From contig JBDIWJ010000048.1 in assembly GCA_039638295.1 (NCBI GenBank), positions 1 through 11,280 of the forward strand: 11,280 nucleotides of DNA, written 5' to 3'. The translations under genes and the position numbers were made by a program. The notes under the pieces were generated by a model that had not been told where the DNA came from, ran no database searches, and was given only the letters and a program-made list of their open reading frames with translations. Of this stretch, positions 7,432 to 11,280 are shown piece after piece. This DNA comes from Candidatus Phoenicimicrobium oleiphilum. GTDB lineage: Bacteria; Atribacterota; Phoenicimicrobiia; Phoenicimicrobiales; Phoenicimicrobiaceae. How positions within the stretch are numbered: position 1 is the first letter of the stretch; every line of letters starts with the position of its first letter.

Positions 7432-9087
7432 ATGAACATAAAAGTACCTCAGGTAATTGATGTACTGATGAAGTATGGTTCATTTGCCATGCCCTTGGTG
7501 AATTGGACCTTAAGCAATGATAATCTAAATCCTGCCTGGGAAGAATATTTTAAAGCTATAAGATACGATTGGCAGAAGGAATACACCCTCGAACTTAAGT
7601 GTATAGATCGAGGAATTAGAAGATGTAGAGATGATCAGACGGTTAAGTACCTGCTTTTGTCCTTGGAACTCTCTGTACTTCAAAATCTTAAAATGCCAGA
7701 AGGAAATAGATTGTATATTAAGTTGAGGAGAGAATTTTACAAGGTGCCAAAATTGGCGAGAAAGACAGTCGCTACAACTTTATTGAGTTATCCGTCTTTG
7801 AATATGAATGAAACGGACTTGGCAAAAATACGATTATGGAGTCAATATTATCAAAATGATAGGTCAACACAGGTATTCATTCTTTTGGGGAAGGCGAGGA
7901 AAAAGATAAAAACGGGAAACATTACAGAAGGTATAGCTCTTTACTTTAAAGGCTTGAGAATTGCGAAGGCAATTCCTCACCCTACAGGTATAATAGATAG
8001 TTTGAACGACTCGGCATGGTATATGCGATATAGCCATCCGCATTGGGCACTTAGATTTGCCAATCAGGCAATGTATTGGGTTGGATGGTATCGTGAAGAT
8101 GCCAGAGGCGTGTTTTACGTATTTGATACTTTTTTTGAGATCCAGAGAATAGTTAGTGACCAAAGATTATGTGAGACTGCAAATTTGATAGCTTCATTAC
8201 AGAAGTATCTTTCTTCAGGACAAGGGAGAAGCAAAAGGGAATACTACAAAGAAACCATCCAAGGCTGTAAATACTTTATCTTTGATCTCAAAAGCTCAAT
8301 GTACAAAAATTCCAATTCCCTGAGAAATTATCTGAGAATTTTTATGAAATCCATATCCTCAGCTTCAGTGGATTCAAACCTATCCAGAGGAAAACTATCT
8401 GCCATATTAAATGGTAAAACAAAAACCGTGCGCGGAGAAACGATAAGAAAGTTGGTAAAAGGATTGAAGCTTAAACCAAATCCATTAAATGATCCTGCAC
8501 CCCTTATCAATGAATGGATGAAAATGAAGATAGAGGATGCATTTTTCGATGCTCTTGAGAAACTCAAGGGAATAAAGCCAAATGATAGAATCGTATTACT
8601 CTTATCCACATATATGAGTATTCTTGATAGGAAGGAAAAACTTTCTTATCTAAGCAGAAAAAGGAAATTGAAACGGGCGATTGAATTCTGTACAGCGGAT
8701 ATGCATAAATTCACGAATTTTATGTCCAACAGATACGAGACAATGAGATTCGTATCTGATATGATAAGCGAAATGCATCCATTTTTAGAAGGAAGAAAAG
8801 ACCTTGTAAAGAAGTTTTTAGGAAAGATGCCCAAGAAGAGGATGAGGATGTTTGCTGCAGATTATGCCGAATTGACAGAGGGAGACCGTAAGACTGTTGA
8901 TGTCTTTGCAAGGGACTACACAAGATACGACTTGAGGTGGAAAGTTTACCTAAAATTACCTGTCGAATTGAAAGAATTTGTGGAATTCTTTCATCTCAAG
9001 AAAAGACCATCTACGCTTGCATCTTTTGCGTCTGAAAGACCGGCTGAGAGGAATAAGATCTTACGTGTATTTCAGGCACTCCGATGA
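7432..9087 (+). CDS. TPR-like repeat + XRE-type helix-turn-helix transcriptional regulator (candidate peptide-sensing, RRNPP-like receptor)
   Basis: 551 aa with a strong SD. TPR-like helices (LGKARKKIKTGNITEGIALYFKGLRIAKAIPHPTGIIDSLNDSAWY...ALRFANQA) and a Cro/C1-like HTH at about residues 305-345 (SISSASVDSNLSRGKLSAILNGKTKTVRGETIRKLVKGL). Confidence 0.72.
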   Translation: MNIKVPQVIDVLMKYGSFAMPLVNWTLSNDNLNPAWEEYFKAIRYDWQKEYTLELKCIDRGIRRCRDDQTVKYLLLSLELSVLQNLKMPEGNRLYIKLRREFYKVPKLARKTVATTLLSYPSLNMNETDLAKIRLWSQYYQNDRSTQVFILLGKARKKIKTGNITEGIALYFKGLRIAKAIPHPTGIIDSLNDSAWYMRYSHPHWALRFANQAMYWVGWYREDARGVFYVFDTFFEIQRIVSDQRLCETANLIASLQKYLSSGQGRSKREYYKETIQGCKYFIFDLKSSMYKNSNSLRNYLRIFMKSISSASVDSNLSRGKLSAILNGKTKTVRGETIRKLVKGLKLKPNPLNDPAPLINEWMKMKIEDAFFDALEKLKGIKPNDRIVLLLSTYMSILDRKEKLSYLSRKRKLKRAIEFCTADMHKFTNFMSNRYETMRFVSDMISEMHPFLEGRKDLVKKFLGKMPKKRMRMFAADYAELTEGDRKTVDVFARDYTRYDLRWKVYLKLPVELKEFVEFFHLKKRPSTLASFASERPAERNKILRVFQALR

Positions 9088-9472
9088 TCAATTATTCAGT
9101 CCTACTGTGGCTGAAGATATTGCCTTTGGTCCTCTAAACTTAAGAAAAAATCGTCAAGAGACTGAAAAGATTCTAAAAGAAACCTTAGAGACGTTGGGTT
9201 TAGCTGGTTTTGAAGATAGGATTACTTATAATCTTTCCTATGGAGAAAAAAGATTAGTTTCTCTGGCTACGGTATGGGCGATGCAGCCAGAGATTTTATT
9301 GCTTGATGAACCTACCATCTGGCTTGATGAGGGGACTATCGAAAAGATAGCTCAAATCTTAAATAGCCATCATCAGTTATCTTACATAATTATCTCTCAT
9401 GACAAAGAATTTTTAGAAGAAACCACTAATTGTACTTACCTTATGGATAACGGAAAGATAAGAAAAATATAA
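9067..9472 (+). pseudogene. cbiO: 5'-truncated CbiO/EcfA-type (Co/Ni ECF transporter) ABC ATPase
   Basis: Retains the post-Q-loop segment SDDQLFSPTVAEDIAFGPLNL, signature LSYGEKR, Walker B ILLLDEPT and H-loop ISHD. There is no Walker A. The first ~33 aa of ORF 8978-9472 are off-frame regulator sequence. Confidence 0.85.
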
Positions 9473-9492
9473 AATGATTTTAGATACCAATA

Positions 9493-9515
9493 GACAGGCG
9501 AGATGCCTGTCCTAC
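9493..9515 (-). repeat. GTAG-type REP-like hairpin
   Basis: The minus strand reads GTAG-GACAGGC-ATCTC-GCCTGTC: a GTAG tetranucleotide directly followed by a 7-bp stem. Confidence 0.55.
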
Positions 9516-9571
9516 TGGAGGGATGGATGGATTTTGCATTTTCACTTGCACTTCTACCCCACATTTTTTCT

Positions 9572-9721
9572 ATTACATATCACTCATCACTCATTACTTA
9601 TTACTGACTTTTTGCTCGATACTCGATACGCGATACAAAAAAGTAATTCTTATTTTTATTTTTGAAATGCATTTGTTATAATAAAGTTACAATGTTTTTT
9701 TACGAGATACGAGATACGAGA
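9572..9721. repeat. Degenerate heptamer tandem arrays
   Basis: ATTACAT-ATCACTC-ATCACTC-ATTACTT-ATTACTG (9572-9606), CTCGATA-CTCGATA-CGCGATA (9615-9635) and TACGAGA x3 (9701-9721). Confidence 0.7.
9674..9682 (+). promoter_or_regulatory. Extended -10 promoter element for ychF
   Basis: TGTTATAAT is a perfect TGnTATAAT about 55 nt upstream of ATG 9737. A G-rich SD (GAGGGGGAG) precedes the ATG. Confidence 0.55.
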
Positions 9722-9736
9722 TGAGGGGGAGAAGAA

Positions 9737-10810
9737 ATGAAAATTGGAATTGTGGGGATGCCTTTAGTGGGAAAGACCACTCTGTTTAATCTTTTGACTG
9801 GTCAACATAAAGAGACTTCCACCTACTCCTCAAAGGGGACTAAAAATGTAGGAATAGCCACTGTTTATGACCAGAGAATAGATTATTTAAGTTCTATTTA
9901 CCATCCCAAAAAAACCACTTATGCCTCTATTGAATTTGTGGACATCGGTGGAATTTCTCCGAAGTTGCCAGCAAAAGAGAAGGCAGAAATATTTAGTCTT
10001 ATCCAGGATGCCCAGGCCTTACTACTTGTAATCAGGTTATTTGAAAACCCGGCGGTTGCTGGTGAGAAAGACCCGATTGTTCAGCTAGAAAATTTAAAGT
10101 ACGAGCTTTTACTTAGGGATTTAGAAGTGGTAGAAAATCGGATAGAGCGGTTAAAAAAAGCAAAGCAAAAATTGACCCATGAGGAATTAGTAGAAATGGA
10201 AATTTTAGAAAAATGCAACCAGGGGCTGAGTGATGAATTTTTTCTCTCCAACCTTGAATTTTCCGAGGATGAGATAAAAAAGATAAGTGGTTTCAGTTTT
10301 TATACTCTAAAACCGATTATTATTGCCCTGAATCTTGGTGAGGAACAATTCAAAACAAAATCTTATCCTCAAAAAGAGAAATTAAAGCAGGTTATTCAGG
10401 ATGGGGATATGGCCAGTTTAAATATCTGTGGCAAGATGGAAATGGAGATAAGTGAACTGGAACCGGATGAGAGACAAATATTTTTAGAAGACTTAGGATT
10501 AAAAGAATCAGGAATTGAAAGGTTATCACGGGTGTGTTATAAACACCTGGGGCTAATATCTTTTTTCACTGTGGGCGAAGACGAAGTTAAAGCCTGGACT
10601 ATTAAGAAAGGCACTGTCGCTAAAAAAGCTGCGGGGAAAGTGCATTCTGATATAGAAAGGGGCTTTATACGAGCAGAGATAGTTAGATACCAGGATTTAG
10701 TTGCTCTTGGCTCTATGCATGCAGTAAAAGAAAAAGGGTTACTAAAGATTGAGGGGAAAGATGCGATAATCGAAGACGGGGATATTATTAATTTCCGATT
10801 TAATGTTTAG
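9737..10810 (+). CDS. ychF: YchF/Ola1 family Obg-like ribosome-binding ATPase
   Basis: P-loop GMPLVGKTT, FVDIGG (DxxG), NLGE (NxxE ATP-specific G4 variant) and the C-terminal TGS domain FFTVGEDEVKAWT...HSDIERGFIRAE...DGDIINFRFNV. Confidence 0.93.
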   Translation: MKIGIVGMPLVGKTTLFNLLTGQHKETSTYSSKGTKNVGIATVYDQRIDYLSSIYHPKKTTYASIEFVDIGGISPKLPAKEKAEIFSLIQDAQALLLVIRLFENPAVAGEKDPIVQLENLKYELLLRDLEVVENRIERLKKAKQKLTHEELVEMEILEKCNQGLSDEFFLSNLEFSEDEIKKISGFSFYTLKPIIIALNLGEEQFKTKSYPQKEKLKQVIQDGDMASLNICGKMEMEISELEPDERQIFLEDLGLKESGIERLSRVCYKHLGLISFFTVGEDEVKAWTIKKGTVAKKAAGKVHSDIERGFIRAEIVRYQDLVALGSMHAVKEKGLLKIEGKDAIIEDGDIINFRFNV

Positions 10811-10938
10811 GGAATATTTTAATAACCTATATGAATTGAAGCTAGATTAAATATTTATTATTGCTGTATAGTTAGCGTAAAATTTAATAATAGTATATGT
10901 TAATATAATTTTTATACCCTAAAATCTTTTTCTCTCTT

Positions 10939-11168
10939 TACGCAATATACGATACAAATTAGTCGTTAGTATTAAATACAAGTTCACAGTTTTCAGTAAG
11001 TAGGGACGTATTGCTATATGCCTGTCTAACTCCATGACTGGTTAACTAATCTTTAACTGGCAAACTGGCTAACCGGGTAGCTGGGTAATTAATATCCTAT
11101 CTGCTAGTACACGATAACCAATTTGAATTCTTGTTCTCTTCACGCAATATTCAATACGCAATACGAAT
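10939..11168. repeat. Intergenic 7-mer/8-mer tandem arrays and a degenerate GTAG REP-like element
   Basis: TACGCAA-TATACGA-TACAAAT (10939-10959), GTAGGGACGTATTGCTATATGCC (11000-11022), TTAACTGG-CAAACTGG-CTAACCGG-GTAGCTGG (11053-11084) and CACGCAA-TATTCAA-TACGCAA-TACGAAT (11141-11168). Confidence 0.55.
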
Positions 11169-11280
11169 TAATACTTGACAGGTCAACTTCGCCATTTAAT
11201 TCAATTTAAACTCTCCTAAACCCTTACTGCAGTTGTTTTTTCCTTTTTTTTATCCCATATATATAGTGAAATGATTATAT

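Noticed and set aside
7289..8923. Minus-strand ORFs 7289-7483, 7864-8163, 8328-8609, 8646-8834 and 8720-8923
   Set aside because: Antisense to the 551-aa regulator or its promoter, with no recognisable features.
8978..9472. 164-aa ORF as an intact ABC ATPase
   Set aside because: No Walker A, and the N-terminal ~33 aa are an alternative frame of the regulator. Treated as a truncated remnant.
9474..9665. 63-aa His-rich ORF
   Set aside because: It is the translation of the REP-like hairpin and heptamer arrays (ITHHSLLIT, DTRYAI). No SD.
9572..11168. CRISPR array or IS element
   Set aside because: Repeat units are 7-8 nt without spacers, and no cas, transposase or integrase gene is seen.

Overview
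AT-rich bacterial window. Bases 1-9087 look like an accessory island joined at its right end to a 5'-truncated CbiO/EcfA-type ABC ATPase remnant, followed by a ychF-family gene. The supplied ORF track misses two small minus-strand genes. (1) 6752-6850 encodes a 32-aa peptide, MSKNEKKKELEKIDPKELEDLE-CNVIRCVIRC, with a near-perfect Shine-Dalgarno (SD) and a perfect 36-bp palindrome just downstream. It heads a co-oriented cluster of M50 membrane peptidase, arginase-family enzyme, LpxL-like acyltransferase, spermidine-synthase-fold SAM methyltransferase, MFS exporter, GNAT and a second MFS. (2) 7095-7232 encodes a 45-aa signal-peptide-bearing propeptide, divergent from a 551-aa TPR+HTH regulator. 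My inferred reading is a peptide-quorum-sensing-controlled RiPP cluster making an ornithine-containing, acylated and/or methylated Cys-rich peptide, with an enzyme combination I do not recognise from described RiPP classes. All family calls come from motifs read by eye; no database searches were run.
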